From assembly GCA_945285915.1 (NCBI GenBank), contig CALYQL010000010.1, positions 9,104 to 73,103 of the forward strand: DNA of 64,000 nt, read 5' to 3'. Of the stretch, positions 19,579-30,150 are shown one piece after another. The stretch's first letter is position 1. Each line of letters opens with the position of its first letter. The stretch is from an uncultured Bartonella sp. (GTDB lineage: Bacteria; Pseudomonadota; Alphaproteobacteria; Rhizobiales; Rhizobiaceae). The translations under genes were made by a program, and so were the position numbers. Under the pieces are notes generated by a model that searched no databases, was not told the origin of the DNA, and saw only the letters and a program-made list of their open reading frames with translations.

Positions 19579-20862
19579 ATGTTCCGTCAAAATAGCATAT
19601 CGCCTGGGTCATCATGGTATGAATATAGTGTTGCCGATAGGCCAGCCTATTCTATTTTGACCGATAATATAGTGTGCGATATTGCAATTGTGGGCGGTGG
19701 ATTTACTGGCCTTTCAGCAGCATTGAATTTAGCAAAATCAGGATTGAAGGTTGTTTTGCTTGATGCTGCACGTTTTGGTGATGGTGCTTCAGGGCGCAAT
19801 GGCGGTCAATTAGGAACGGGTCAGAGACAATGGGTTGAAACGCTTGAAAAATATTACGGATATGAACGGACAAAAGTTTTATTTGATCTAACTGAAGAAG
19901 CCAAAAACGATATTTTACAATTTTGCCGTATAGGTGATGTTGATATCGACTATGTGCAGGGACATTTGTCTCTGGTTCACAAAAAACGTGAAATAAAAGC
20001 GTATCAGTCACATGTCGAGACTATGTGTCGCTATGGATATAACCATTTAACATTTATGGATAAGGCGGAGACGGCAGACCGTCTAGGATCGGATTTTTAT
20101 CATGCCGGTATTCGCGATGTCGGAACGGGACATATTAATCCATTAAAATTTGTTATTGCTCTTGCAAAAGCGGCCGATAAGGCTGGTGCCTTACTTTATG
20201 AAAATACGCTTGTTACTGCGTTAGAGCGCAGTGAGGGGAAATGTGTTTTAACAACGTCGAAAGCGCAGATTAAGGCTGATCGGGTTTTGCTGGCGAGTAA
20301 TGGTTATCATTTAGGGTTCCGCTCTGGTGTTGAAAAATATATCGTTCCAATACGCTCTTATATTGGTGCGACATCTCCGCTCTCTATTGATAGTGAAATA
20401 TTACGTGGTGGCGAATCTGTTGACGATTCTCGCTTCGTTGTACGGTATTTCCGTAAAAGTGCAGACAATCGTTTACTTTTTGGCGGAGCAGAAAGTTATG
20501 ATCGTCAGGTTCCTAATGATCTTGAAATTCGTATTCGCCGGCAAGCAAGTGAAGTGTTTCCAAAACTAAAGCAGATTGCATTAAGTCATTATTGGGGTGG
20601 TACCGTTGCCATTACAGTAGAGAGAATGCCTTTTATAAGGGATATTATGCCGGGTGTTACCTATTGTGGGGGCTATTCGGGACATGGTGTGATGATGGCT
20701 CCATTTGTTGGAAAATTATATGCCGAATCTGTTTGTGGAAAGTCAGATCGGATCAATCTCTTAAAAGATTTACATATTTCAGCGTTCCCTGGTGGAAGCT
20801 GGTTGCGAAGACCATTGCTTTTTCTTGCTATGCAATGGTTTGCGTTAATGGATCGCTTTTAA
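19579..20862 (+). CDS. FAD-dependent oxidoreductase, PuuB-like (gamma-glutamylputrescine oxidase type)
   Basis: The ORF track gives 19534..20862. I chose the ATG at 19579 after AGGAA (19566-19570), which avoids overlap with the upstream gene. It has the dinucleotide-binding motif DIAIVGGGFTGLSAAL. Confidence 0.8.
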   Translation: MFRQNSISPGSSWYEYSVADRPAYSILTDNIVCDIAIVGGGFTGLSAALNLAKSGLKVVLLDAARFGDGASGRNGGQLGTGQRQWVETLEKYYGYERTKVLFDLTEEAKNDILQFCRIGDVDIDYVQGHLSLVHKKREIKAYQSHVETMCRYGYNHLTFMDKAETADRLGSDFYHAGIRDVGTGHINPLKFVIALAKAADKAGALLYENTLVTALERSEGKCVLTTSKAQIKADRVLLASNGYHLGFRSGVEKYIVPIRSYIGATSPLSIDSEILRGGESVDDSRFVVRYFRKSADNRLLFGGAESYDRQVPNDLEIRIRRQASEVFPKLKQIALSHYWGGTVAITVERMPFIRDIMPGVTYCGGYSGHGVMMAPFVGKLYAESVCGKSDRINLLKDLHISAFPGGSWLRRPLLFLAMQWFALMDRF

Positions 20863-21086
20863 TCTAAGCTAAATTTCAGGAATTGGCGTTTCACTATAGA
20901 ATATATATTTGATAGGCTCTTGCCGTTTGTATCAGGGCTCATTATTTGGCCAATCAAACCAGAAAGTTTATTTTATCCGAAGAAAAGCGTGAAAATTAAC
21001 AGCTTATTCAGTACCTTTCTGCTTATATGTTAACATATTAATATGGTTTACGGCTGCAAAAGCTGTTCCTAACAACGGACACTTTC

Positions 21087-22562
21087 ATGGTTAGTAAAAT
21101 AATTCCGATACCTCCTTTTGATTGTATCGTATTTGGTGGAGCAGGTGACCTTGCGGAAAGAAAACTCTTCCCTGCACTTTACCACCGCCAATGTACCGGA
21201 CAATTTAGTGAACCAACGCGTATAATTGGTACTTCACGTTCGGAGATGACGGACGATGAATACAGAAAATTCGCGCGTCAAGCGATTGAAAAGCACGTTG
21301 TTGCTGGCGATATTGATAAAGATGAATTGGAGCGTTTTTTAAAACGATTAAGCTATGTTTCTGTGGACGCTACCTCAGATAAAGGCTGGGCAGCGTTAAA
21401 ACAGAAAATCAATACATCACCTGCCGAAATACGCGCATTCTATTTGGCCGTAAGCCCTACATTATTTGGTGGCATAGCAGAGCGATTGGGTAAAAATGGT
21501 CTAGTCACAGATCAGACACGTATTATCGTTGAAAAGCCAATTGGCCGCGATAGAGAAACGGCAAAACAACTCAACGATACATTGGCACGTGTATTTAACG
21601 AGAATCAGATTTTCCGTATTGACCATTATCTTGGTAAGGAAACGGTTCAAAATTTGATGGCATTGCGTTTTGCAAATGCGCTCTATGAACCGCTATGGAA
21701 TTCAAACCATATTGATCACGTCCAAATTACTGTTGCGGAATCAGTCGGCGTTGAAGGGCGTGGTGGTTATTACGATAATGCAGGAGCTTTACGTGATATG
21801 GTTCAAAACCATATGTTACAGCTTCTCTGTCTGGTTGCTATGGAGCCCCCATCAGCCAACACAGCCAATGTTGTTCGTGATGAGAAATTAAAAGTACTTC
21901 ATTCGCTCGGTCGTATCGATGCGCATAATGTTATGACGCATACAGTTAGGGGGCAGTATCTTGCCGGTGCTTCAACAAGTGGTCCTGTAGGCTCTTATTT
22001 GGACGATTTGAAGCAGGATAAAAGCGATACAGAAACATTTGTTGCTTTAAAAGTTGATGTCAATAATTGGCGTTGGGCTGGAACCCCGTTCTACTTGCGT
22101 ACAGGTAAACGTATGGCCACCAGAATGTCAGAAATCGTTGTTACTTTTAAACCCATTCCGCACAATATTTTTGGTGAAGATGCAGGGGAAATTGTGCCTA
22201 ATCGTTTGGTTATCAGATTGCAGCCAGATGAAGGTGTAAAACAATGGCTGATGATTAAAGATCCAGGGCCAGGGGGTATGCGGTTACGCCATATTCCTCT
22301 TGATATGACTTTTGCTGATTCATTTTCAGTGCGTAATCCGGACGCGTATGAGCGGTTGTTAATGGATGTTGTCCGTGGCAATCAGACATTATTCATGCGT
22401 CGGGATGAAGTAGAAGCAGCATGGGGATTTGTTGATCCGATTGAAGAAGGTTGGGATGCAACAAAATTACCGGTTCAAGGTTATACAGCAGGTACATGGG
22501 GACCATCCAAATCTATCGCATTGATAGAACGCGATGGTCGTACTTGGAATGATACAGTTTAG
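21087..22562 (+). CDS. zwf: Glucose-6-phosphate 1-dehydrogenase
   Basis: The 491-aa ORF has the NADP-binding GGAGDLAERKL motif and the signature RIDHYLGKETVQN. Confidence 0.95.
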   Translation: MVSKIIPIPPFDCIVFGGAGDLAERKLFPALYHRQCTGQFSEPTRIIGTSRSEMTDDEYRKFARQAIEKHVVAGDIDKDELERFLKRLSYVSVDATSDKGWAALKQKINTSPAEIRAFYLAVSPTLFGGIAERLGKNGLVTDQTRIIVEKPIGRDRETAKQLNDTLARVFNENQIFRIDHYLGKETVQNLMALRFANALYEPLWNSNHIDHVQITVAESVGVEGRGGYYDNAGALRDMVQNHMLQLLCLVAMEPPSANTANVVRDEKLKVLHSLGRIDAHNVMTHTVRGQYLAGASTSGPVGSYLDDLKQDKSDTETFVALKVDVNNWRWAGTPFYLRTGKRMATRMSEIVVTFKPIPHNIFGEDAGEIVPNRLVIRLQPDEGVKQWLMIKDPGPGGMRLRHIPLDMTFADSFSVRNPDAYERLLMDVVRGNQTLFMRRDEVEAAWGFVDPIEEGWDATKLPVQGYTAGTWGPSKSIALIERDGRTWNDTV

Positions 22563-22571
22563 GGTATTACA

Positions 22572-23339
22572 ATGAGTTTAATGGATACTAACCGGCTGAA
22601 TTTCGATACACCAGCCGCACTTGCTTCCGCATTGGCTGATCGTGTGGCGGCAGAATTAAGTGTAGCCGTTGTTGAGCGCAAACAGGCTGTCATGGCTGTT
22701 TCAGGGGGGAAAACGCCTGAACTTTTTTTCCATTATCTAGCCAAGGCAGATATTGACTGGAAGAATATACTTATTACTTTAGTGGACGAGCGTTTTGTTC
22801 CTGTTACTGACGAGAGATCCAATGAACGTCTCGTGCGGAGTACATTGTTGCAAAACTTTGCATCAAAAGCGCGGTTTTATGGTCTTTATCACCCTTCCAT
22901 TACCGCTGAGCTTGGTGCATTTTCTGCAGCTAGTCGTATAAACGGTTTGCCGCAGCCTTTTGATGTTGTTGTGCTTGGTATGGGTTCTGATGGGCATACA
23001 GCTTCGTTCTTTCCGGGAGGAGACCGGTTGAAACAGGCTATTGATCCGCATTGTCGTGCTTTGGTACTGCCAATTCATGCAAAAGGATTAACTGAAGCAC
23101 GATTGACATTGACATTGCCTATTATTGCACAGTCACGTTTTATCGCGCTACATCTCGAAGGCCGTGAAAAATTGGAAGTCTTTGAACAGGCTTTGCAAGA
23201 TGGTCCGGAAAAAGAATTGCCAATCAGGGCTGTTTTAAGACATTCGCTTCATCCAATTCAGGTTTATTGGGCACCGAATGAAGAAGATAAACGGGATGTG
23301 GCAGGCAATAACGCGCTTTTTGATACAATATCGGTATAA
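22572..23339 (+). CDS. pgl: 6-phosphogluconolactonase
   Basis: The 255-aa ORF has the motifs [16 protein letters not shown] and [15 protein letters not shown]. It sits between zwf and edd. Confidence 0.9.
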   Translation: MSLMDTNRLNFDTPAALASALADRVAAELSVAVVERKQAVMAVSGGKTPELFFHYLAKADIDWKNILITLVDERFVPVTDERSNERLVRSTLLQNFASKARFYGLYHPSITAELGAFSAASRINGLPQPFDVVVLGMGSDGHTASFFPGGDRLKQAIDPHCRALVLPIHAKGLTEARLTLTLPIIAQSRFIALHLEGREKLEVFEQALQDGPEKELPIRAVLRHSLHPIQVYWAPNEEDKRDVAGNNALFDTISV

Positions 23340-23353
23340 CGGAGATTAGGATA

Positions 23354-25189
23354 ATGGCTCTTTCTCGTACAATTGCGGACATTACGGATCGTATTCGTGA
23401 GAGATCCAAGGCAAAGCGCGAGATATATCTTGATCGTATAGAGAAAGCGGCAACAAATCGTCCGAGAAGAAGTTTTTTTGCATGTGCCAATCAAGCGCAT
23501 AGTTTTGCCGCGTGTGGCCCATTGGATAAAGAACGGCTGAAGGATGATGTTGTTGGAAATATAGGTATTATAACAGCCTATAATGATATGCTGTCAGCAC
23601 ATCAGCCATTTGAAACTTTTCCTGAACTTATAAAAAAAGCGGCAAGAGAAGCTGGTGGTGTTGCTGAAGTTGCCAGCGGCGTGCCAGCGATGTGTGATGG
23701 TGTCACGCAGGGTTATCCGGGTATGGAGCTGTCATTGTTTTCACGTGATGTGATTGCTATGGCTGCAGCAGTAGGTCTTTCACATGACGTGTTTGATGCG
23801 GCGTTATATCTTGGCATTTGTGATAAAATTGTTCCCGGTCTCGTTATTGCAGCACTGACATTTGGGCATATACCGGCAATCTTTGTTCCAGCCGGTCCAA
23901 TGACAACAGGTCAAGGAAACGATAAAAAAGCCAAGATCCGCCAGTTATATGCAGAAGGTAAAGTGGATAGGCGGGCTTTGCTCGAGTCTGAATCAACATC
24001 TTATCATGGACCCGGTACATGTACGTTTTATGGTACTGCCAATTCCAATCAAATGATGATGGAAATGATGGGATTGCATATGCCTGGGGCATCGTTCATC
24101 AATCCAAATACGCCTTTGCGCGACGCATTAACGATAGAAGCGACAAAGCGTGCATTACAAATAACCTCACTGGGTAATTCCTATATGCCAGTAGGTGCGA
24201 TGATTGATGAGCGCTCTTTTGTGAATGCAATTGTTGGCTTAAACGCCACGGGGGGATCGACCAATCATACAATCCATCTGATTGCAATGGCTCATGCAGC
24301 AGGTATTACACTGACATGGCATGATATAGCAGAAATTTCTGCTGCGGTTCCTCTCTTGGCGCGTGTTTATCCAAATGGCTTGGCAGATGTTAATTATTTC
24401 CATGCCGCCGGTGGTATGGGATTTCTTATTCGCCAACTATTAGAAGCAGGGCTAGTGCATGACAATGTGCATACTGTTTTTGGTGAAGGGTTAGAAGCTT
24501 ATGCAAGTGAACCAAAACTTGGTTCTGATGGTAGCGTGATCCGTGAACCAGCACCAGACGTTAGTGGTGACGAAAAAGTTTTAGCAGGCTGGAAAAAACC
24601 ATTTCAACCAGACGGTGGCATAAGGGTTTTATCGGGCAATATGGGGGCTGCAATTATTAAAGTTTCTGCGGTAGCGCCTGAACATTGGTTTATAGAAGCG
24701 CCCGTTCGGGTTTTTAATGATCAAGCTGGATTACAGGATGCCTTCAAATCTGGCGAACTTGACGGTAAGGACTTTGTTGCGGTTATTCGTTATCAGGGAC
24801 CAAAAGCGAATGGTATGCCAGAATTACATAAATTGACCACCATCCTTGGTATTTTACAAGATCGGGGGCAGAAAATTGCGTTGGTTACAGATGGTCGTAT
24901 GTCTGGGGCATCTGGCAAAATACCAGCAGCAATCCATGTTACACCGGAAGCTTTGGATGATGGACCGATTGCACGATTGAGAGATGGCGACATTGTGCGG
25001 CTTGATGCGGGGCATGGGACGTTGACGATTATGGTTGATGAGAAAGAATTCAATCAACGTCAAATTACGCATCCTGACTTGTCAGCCAATGAATTTGGTA
25101 TTGGTCGAGAATTATTTCATGCCTTCAGACAGTGCGTTGGTCGTGCAGATCAAGGGGCAAGCGTTGTGGTTGGCCATAACACGAAATAA
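23354..25189 (+). CDS. edd: Phosphogluconate dehydratase (Entner-Doudoroff)
   Basis: The 611-aa ORF belongs to the IlvD/Edd family ([28 protein letters not shown]). It is the third gene of the zwf-pgl-edd operon. Confidence 0.95.
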   Translation: MALSRTIADITDRIRERSKAKREIYLDRIEKAATNRPRRSFFACANQAHSFAACGPLDKERLKDDVVGNIGIITAYNDMLSAHQPFETFPELIKKAAREAGGVAEVASGVPAMCDGVTQGYPGMELSLFSRDVIAMAAAVGLSHDVFDAALYLGICDKIVPGLVIAALTFGHIPAIFVPAGPMTTGQGNDKKAKIRQLYAEGKVDRRALLESESTSYHGPGTCTFYGTANSNQMMMEMMGLHMPGASFINPNTPLRDALTIEATKRALQITSLGNSYMPVGAMIDERSFVNAIVGLNATGGSTNHTIHLIAMAHAAGITLTWHDIAEISAAVPLLARVYPNGLADVNYFHAAGGMGFLIRQLLEAGLVHDNVHTVFGEGLEAYASEPKLGSDGSVIREPAPDVSGDEKVLAGWKKPFQPDGGIRVLSGNMGAAIIKVSAVAPEHWFIEAPVRVFNDQAGLQDAFKSGELDGKDFVAVIRYQGPKANGMPELHKLTTILGILQDRGQKIALVTDGRMSGASGKIPAAIHVTPEALDDGPIARLRDGDIVRLDAGHGTLTIMVDEKEFNQRQITHPDLSANEFGIGRELFHAFRQCVGRADQGASVVVGHNTK

Positions 25190-25218
25190 GTTTTCAAAGT
25201 TTACAAACGTCATAATTT

Positions 25219-25257
25219 AAAGCCATTTTATCTCTCGATAAAATGGCTTTATTTATT
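25219..25257. terminator. Bidirectional hairpin terminator between convergent edd and folD
   Basis: AAAGCCATTTTATC-tctc-GATAAAATGGCTTT is a perfect 14-bp stem. It has T-rich sequence after it on the + strand and A-rich sequence before it. Confidence 0.8.
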
Positions 25258-25274
25258 GTCTTAAAAATATGGAT

Positions 25275-26174
25275 CTAAAATTTCGGTATAGGCAATTTAT
25301 TGGCAAGACAAGCAGCCTTTAATGTATTGACCATCAGCATTGCAATAGTCATAGGACCAACACCACCAGGTACAGGGGTGATAAAATCGGCCACTTTTTC
25401 TGCTGGAATATAATCAACATCACCAACCAGTCTTGTTTTGCCTTCACCTTTTTCAGGGGCAGGAATACGATTTATCCCTACATCGATAACTGTAGCGCCG
25501 GGTTTAATCCAGTCACCTTTAATCATATGTGGTTTGCCAACTGCAGCAACAAGAATATCGGCACTACGGCAAACTTCATCAATTTTGCTTGTCCGGCTGT
25601 GCGCAATGGTCACTGTCGCGTTTGATGCCAATAAAAGTGCAGCCATTGGTTTTCCAACAATGTTTGATCGTCCAACCACGACGGCATCTTTGCCAGATAA
25701 ATCTTTGCCAATAGCTTGTTCTATCATCAACATGGCTCCGGCTGGCGTGCATGGTACAAATGCATCATCAATAGCACCCGTCATCAGTTTTCCGGCATTT
25801 ATATAATGGAAGCCGTCGACATCTTTATTGGGCGAAATGGTTTGTATAACCCGATCTGCATTAATGTGTTTTGGGAGTGGCAATTGTACGAGAATTCCAT
25901 GAAGCGTTGAATCTTCATTCAATTCTTTGATTAAAGATAGCAACTCTTCTTCGCTTGTTGTTGCTGCAAGAGCGTATTTTTTAGAAAGAAAGCCACACTC
26001 TTCAGCACGCTTTTCTTTTGAAGCAACATAAACCTGACTGGCGGGATCTTCCCCCACGATAACGACCGCAATGCCGGGTTTTACCCCATGTTGTCGGTAT
26101 AGATCTTCCGTGTCTGCCTTTACCTTTATAAGGATTTTTTCAGATAGCTTTTTTCCGTCAATAATATTTGCCAT
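25275..26174 (-). CDS. folD: Bifunctional 5,10-methylenetetrahydrofolate dehydrogenase / cyclohydrolase
   Basis: The ORF track gives 25275..26189. I chose the ATG at 26174 (MANIIDGKK), which is preceded by AAGGAA. Motifs include [17 protein letters not shown] and DVGINR. Confidence 0.95.
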   Translation of the reverse strand: MANIIDGKKLSEKILIKVKADTEDLYRQHGVKPGIAVVIVGEDPASQVYVASKEKRAEECGFLSKKYALAATTSEEELLSLIKELNEDSTLHGILVQLPLPKHINADRVIQTISPNKDVDGFHYINAGKLMTGAIDDAFVPCTPAGAMLMIEQAIGKDLSGKDAVVVGRSNIVGKPMAALLLASNATVTIAHSRTSKIDEVCRSADILVAAVGKPHMIKGDWIKPGATVIDVGINRIPAPEKGEGKTRLVGDVDYIPAEKVADFITPVPGGVGPMTIAMLMVNTLKAACLANKLPIPKF

Positions 26175-26333
26175 GAAAATTCCTTTCAATAGAATTTCTA
26201 TTTTTTTAACGTATTTGCTGACAAGAAAACATCCCTTTATGGCAATATTTGCACCGCTGACAATATAGTTCTGATATAAAAATAATAGATTATTACGAAC
26301 ATTATTGTTTTATATAAAGAAACGGAGTGGGAA

Positions 26334-27152
26334 ATGAATAAAACAGTGTTACTCGTGGGGTGCGGAAATATGGGATACGCGCTTCTTAAAGGGTGGATTG
26401 ATAAAGCTATTATTGCCAAAACATCGGTTTATGTTGTTGAACCAACAGATGCTAATCTTAAACGTGCTGTTGATTTAGGCGTTCATGGAATAAAAGATCA
26501 TTCTGAGATTCCAGAACATTTTAATCCTGATCTTGTGATTTTGGCGGTGAAGCCGCAACACATGGCCGAAGTCGCTCCAGCTTACTCAAAATATAGTTCC
26601 AAAACGACATTTTTGACGATCGCGGCAGGCTTATCTGTCAAATTTTTTGAAGATATTTTTGGAAGTGATGCCGCAATTGTGCGTTGTATGCCCAATACAC
26701 CGGCGGCTATTGGCCAAGGCGTGTTGGTAACCTATGCCAATAAAAATGTTAGCACTGAAAGTTATGCCTTTATAGAGAAATTATTGACCGCCAATGGTAT
26801 TGTAAGCTCTATTCATGATGAGGCACAAATGCATGCAGTAACAGGTCTTTCGGGATCAGGACCAGCATATGTTTTTTATATGATTGAAGCATTGACAAAA
26901 GCAGGTGTCAGTTGCGGCTTATCAGAAAAGACAGCAACCCTGCTTGCCAAGCAGACTGTTAAAGGGGCGGGTATGCTAGCCTGTGAAAATGACGATGTAA
27001 CGCCGGAAGTTTTACGAGAACGCGTAACTAGCCCAAATGGTACAACGGCTGCAGGTCTTGCTGTGTTGATGAAAGACGGCACATTTGAACGGCAAATAAC
27101 AGAAACAGTTAAAGCAGCAACTGAACGCTCAAAAGAGTTAGCCAATAACTAA
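26334..27152 (+). CDS. proC: Pyrroline-5-carboxylate reductase
   Basis: The 272-aa ORF has an N-terminal Rossmann motif (LVGCGNMGYAL) and the motifs MPNTPA, SGSGPAY and VTSPNGTT. Confidence 0.95.
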   Translation: MNKTVLLVGCGNMGYALLKGWIDKAIIAKTSVYVVEPTDANLKRAVDLGVHGIKDHSEIPEHFNPDLVILAVKPQHMAEVAPAYSKYSSKTTFLTIAAGLSVKFFEDIFGSDAAIVRCMPNTPAAIGQGVLVTYANKNVSTESYAFIEKLLTANGIVSSIHDEAQMHAVTGLSGSGPAYVFYMIEALTKAGVSCGLSEKTATLLAKQTVKGAGMLACENDDVTPEVLRERVTSPNGTTAAGLAVLMKDGTFERQITETVKAATERSKELANN

Positions 27153-27202
27153 TTTACTAAGTATCCAGTTTTTATCTGGTGTTTTAGCTTAAAAACGCCA
27201 GC

Positions 27203-27913
27203 TTATCTTAAAAGCCACCCCAAGACTGGTGCTAGCAATACATTAACAATACCCACCATCACCATGACAAGGCCGGCAATAGAGCCTTCTTCATGGCCTA
27301 TTTTATGAGCTTGGGCAACGCCAGCACCATGAGCGCCCATGCCCAATAAGGCACCACGTGCCAAAGAAGAATGAAGCGGCATATATTTTACAATATATTC
27401 ACCTAAGGCAGCACCGAGAACACCAGTCAACACAACAAAAACAGCCGTTAGGTCAGGTACACCGCCTATATCACCTGACACTGTCATGGCAAATGGAGTG
27501 CTTATAGATCTAGGCATCAAACTGAGACGCAAGGTATTATCTAGTTGCAACAGTGTTGCCAATCCCCAAGCTGATAGCATTGAGGTTACAGAGCCGACAA
27601 TAATACCAATTGTTAAAATAAACCAATTTTTTGCTATGATTTCGCGCTGTTGCCATATAGGAATTGCGAAGGCGACAGTTACCGGTCCAAGCACAGCAAC
27701 AAGCCAGTGTGTTGCGCTAATGTAATGCGCATAATCGCCATTGAGAGAAACAACCACGATCATTAACAAAAGTGGCGTAACTGCCAATGGTGTAAGCCAC
27801 CAATAGGTAAAACGTCTATAAAATGCTTTAGCAACCAAATAAAAGAGAATGGTAACGAGAGACCAAAAAACTGTTTGAACGATCGGATTTGAATAAAAGT
27901 TAGCGTTTGACAT
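27203..27913 (-). CDS. LrgB-family membrane protein
   Basis: The ORF track gives 27203..27943. I chose the ATG at 27913 (MSNANFYSNPIV), which overlaps the lrgA-like stop by 14 nt. It is a polytopic membrane protein with an LrgB-like PRSISTPFAM motif. Confidence 0.85.
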   Translation of the reverse strand: MSNANFYSNPIVQTVFWSLVTILFYLVAKAFYRRFTYWWLTPLAVTPLLLMIVVVSLNGDYAHYISATHWLVAVLGPVTVAFAIPIWQQREIIAKNWFILTIGIIVGSVTSMLSAWGLATLLQLDNTLRLSLMPRSISTPFAMTVSGDIGGVPDLTAVFVVLTGVLGAALGEYIVKYMPLHSSLARGALLGMGAHGAGVAQAHKIGHEEGSIAGLVMVMVGIVNVLLAPVLGWLLR

Positions 27914-28304
27914 GTCGCGACATCCAGAGATAACAAAGGTCAATGGTTAGAGCGGTGATGCTCATGACCACGAATGTCCCTCCTAATATAACAACCAGAA
28001 TTTTCAGGCCAAGTAAGCCGAAAAATTCCTTATGATTTAATAAGGCAAGAACTGCAGGAACGAAGAATAATAGCATTTCTGCAATAAGCCAGTCTGCGCC
28101 GCGTTTCATGCTGAATGTGCTTAATTTACCTGTTGCCAAAAGAATGAGCACCAAACACATGCCAATGATTGCACCTGGAATTGGCAGATGCAAAAATCTG
28201 GAAATAAGTTCTCCTATGATCCAGAAAACAGCAAGCAATCCCATTTGGGCGAAAATATTATGATGCACGAAATGACGTGTTTGGACTTTGATACGACGGC
28301 GCAT
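27900..28304 (-). CDS. CidA/LrgA-family holin-like membrane protein
   Basis: The 134-aa ORF has four hydrophobic helices. It sits immediately upstream of, and overlaps, the LrgB-family gene. Confidence 0.85.
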   Translation of the reverse strand: MRRRIKVQTRHFVHHNIFAQMGLLAVFWIIGELISRFLHLPIPGAIIGMCLVLILLATGKLSTFSMKRGADWLIAEMLLFFVPAVLALLNHKEFFGLLGLKILVVILGGTFVVMSITALTIDLCYLWMSRHVKR

Positions 28305-28354
28305 TTTGAGACTCCTAGTGGAGCGTTAGATAAGTTAATATTAGTCATTCGTAA

Positions 28355-28371
28355 AATGAATTGATTTCATT
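28355..28371. promoter_or_regulatory. Candidate LysR-type (T-N11-A) operator in the lrgA / LysR divergent region
   Basis: AATGAA-ttgat-TTCATT is an inverted repeat containing T-N11-A. It lies between the divergent lrgA-like gene and the LysR gene. Confidence 0.3.
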
Positions 28372-28396
28372 CTTATTATTCCTATATAGAATAATT

Positions 28397-29275
28397 ATGC
28401 AAATACGTACACTGGAAGCCTTTATAGAAATTATACGTCAGAATGGATTTTCTGCAGCGGCAAAAGTTTTAAATTCTACCCAGTCCACAATTAGCAAGTC
28501 ATTGGCACAGTTGGAAAACCATTATGGAACGAAATTGATTAATCGCTCCAGAGGGAAATTACAGCTAACCACAGCAGGAGAATATGTCTATCGTCATGCT
28601 CTTCATGTTATAGCCGAAGAAAATACTCTGGAACGTGAAATTGCCGAATTAAAGGGATTAAAGAGAGGCTCATTAAAAATTGGTCTGCCGCCGATTGGTA
28701 GTTCCGAACTCTTCGCGCAAGTTTTGGCGCGTTATACATCTTCATATCCGCAAATTGATATCAGCATTGTTGAACATGGCAGCAAAAAACTGGAAGAATT
28801 GGTTAGATCAGGTGAAATAGAGCTTGCTGCTTCCCTTATTCCAGTGGCTGAGGGGTTAGAATACCAAGATGTAAGAAATGAGCCTGTTGTTGCACTTATG
28901 CCAGAAGCACTTGCCGGCGATAAAGAGAGCCTTACAGTCAGTGAACTGGCGAAATATCCTTTTGTATTATTTGAAAGCCAGTTTGCTTTGACACCGATTG
29001 TTCTTGCGGCGTTTCGAAATAAAGGATTAGAGCCAATCATAACGGCAAGATCCAGCCAAATCGATTTTCTATTTGGCCTTGTCGCCGCAGGCATGGGGGT
29101 TGGCTTTTTACCGAGAATGATTGCTGAAAAACGTAATGTAAAAAATGTGCGTGTTGTTGAAATAGCAGATACAATTATTGAGTGGCATATGGCACTTATT
29201 TGGCGGCAAACGAGTCATTTGTCTTATGCAGCACGCGAATGGTTGCGTTTATCGCGTCAGTATCATGAAAAGTAA
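28397..29275 (+). CDS. LysR-family transcriptional regulator (CidR-like by position)
   Basis: The ORF track gives 28361..29275. I chose the ATG at 28397 (MQIRTLEAFIEIIRQNGFSAAAKVLNSTQSTISKSLAQLE), which gives the canonical LysR HTH right at the N-terminus. Confidence 0.9.
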   Translation: MQIRTLEAFIEIIRQNGFSAAAKVLNSTQSTISKSLAQLENHYGTKLINRSRGKLQLTTAGEYVYRHALHVIAEENTLEREIAELKGLKRGSLKIGLPPIGSSELFAQVLARYTSSYPQIDISIVEHGSKKLEELVRSGEIELAASLIPVAEGLEYQDVRNEPVVALMPEALAGDKESLTVSELAKYPFVLFESQFALTPIVLAAFRNKGLEPIITARSSQIDFLFGLVAAGMGVGFLPRMIAEKRNVKNVRVVEIADTIIEWHMALIWRQTSHLSYAAREWLRLSRQYHEK

Positions 29276-29429
29276 TATTTTATTATGTTAATATGACATA
29301 GTTATAAACTATTAGCTGAGGCATCTTGATTGTTTCAATCATTATTGTCGCGATTTTTATAAGTTTATAAAGTTGTTAGTAGAATAGCATTTTTCGAATA
29401 ATTAGAGCTTAATGAGAAGGCGATATAGT

Positions 29430-30053
29430 ATGGAATCCACACGAAAAAAACTTGTGATCGTTGGTAATGCCGATTTGCCGAAGGATTATTCGGAACAAAT
29501 TGATGCAGCGGATTTTGTCTTGCGGTTTAATGAACCGCGTGAGCTCAATGGTTGGAGCGGCACTAGGATTGACAGTCTTATGATGTGCAATTCCGGTAAA
29601 CCAATGCAATTCAAGTTATGGAATAATGATTTTCTTGAATCTGCTTTCTTTAGAAAAACCCAGCAGATTACTTTGGTTTATCATCCATATATTATGCGTT
29701 CATATTTTGCTCAACCTAAAATTTTATCGCGTATATTTAAAGGAAGGCGCGTAGATTGGACAAAGCAAGCCATTGAAATTTTAGGACGATTGGGAAAAGA
29801 TATTGTGATAAAATCCCCGCAATTTTATCTCGAGGCGTGCGCTGAAATTAATATCACCGGAAGTTTGTTGAAAAAATATTTTCCTTCTACCGGTTATTTG
29901 GGAATATGGGATTGTTTGAGGCGTTTTGATTTAACCGTGTGGGACATCTATTTGTGCGGTTTTACTTGGAAAGGGTGGAAATGGCACAATTGGAGTGTTG
30001 AAGAACAGTGGGTTCGCGCGCGTGTTGATGAAGGGAAATGCAGGTTTTTATAA
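29430..30053 (+). CDS. Sialyltransferase-motif (GT29-like) putative glycosyltransferase
   Basis: The ORF track gives 29412..30053. The ATG at 29430 follows GAGAAGG. Three motifs are visible: an L-like motif (KLVIVGNADLPKDYSEQIDAADFVLRFN), an S-like motif (PSTGYLGIWDCLRRFDLTVWDIYLCGF), and a VS-like H-x4-E (HNWSVE). Confidence 0.55.
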   Translation: MESTRKKLVIVGNADLPKDYSEQIDAADFVLRFNEPRELNGWSGTRIDSLMMCNSGKPMQFKLWNNDFLESAFFRKTQQITLVYHPYIMRSYFAQPKILSRIFKGRRVDWTKQAIEILGRLGKDIVIKSPQFYLEACAEINITGSLLKKYFPSTGYLGIWDCLRRFDLTVWDIYLCGFTWKGWKWHNWSVEEQWVRARVDEGKCRFL

Positions 30054-30150
30054 AATTCCTTTAATTCGTGCTAAGTATGTTTTTATGGTCATGATAATAA
30101 GCATAAGAATATTGAATTGAATGTGCAGAGCAAACGGTTAATTTTGTGTC

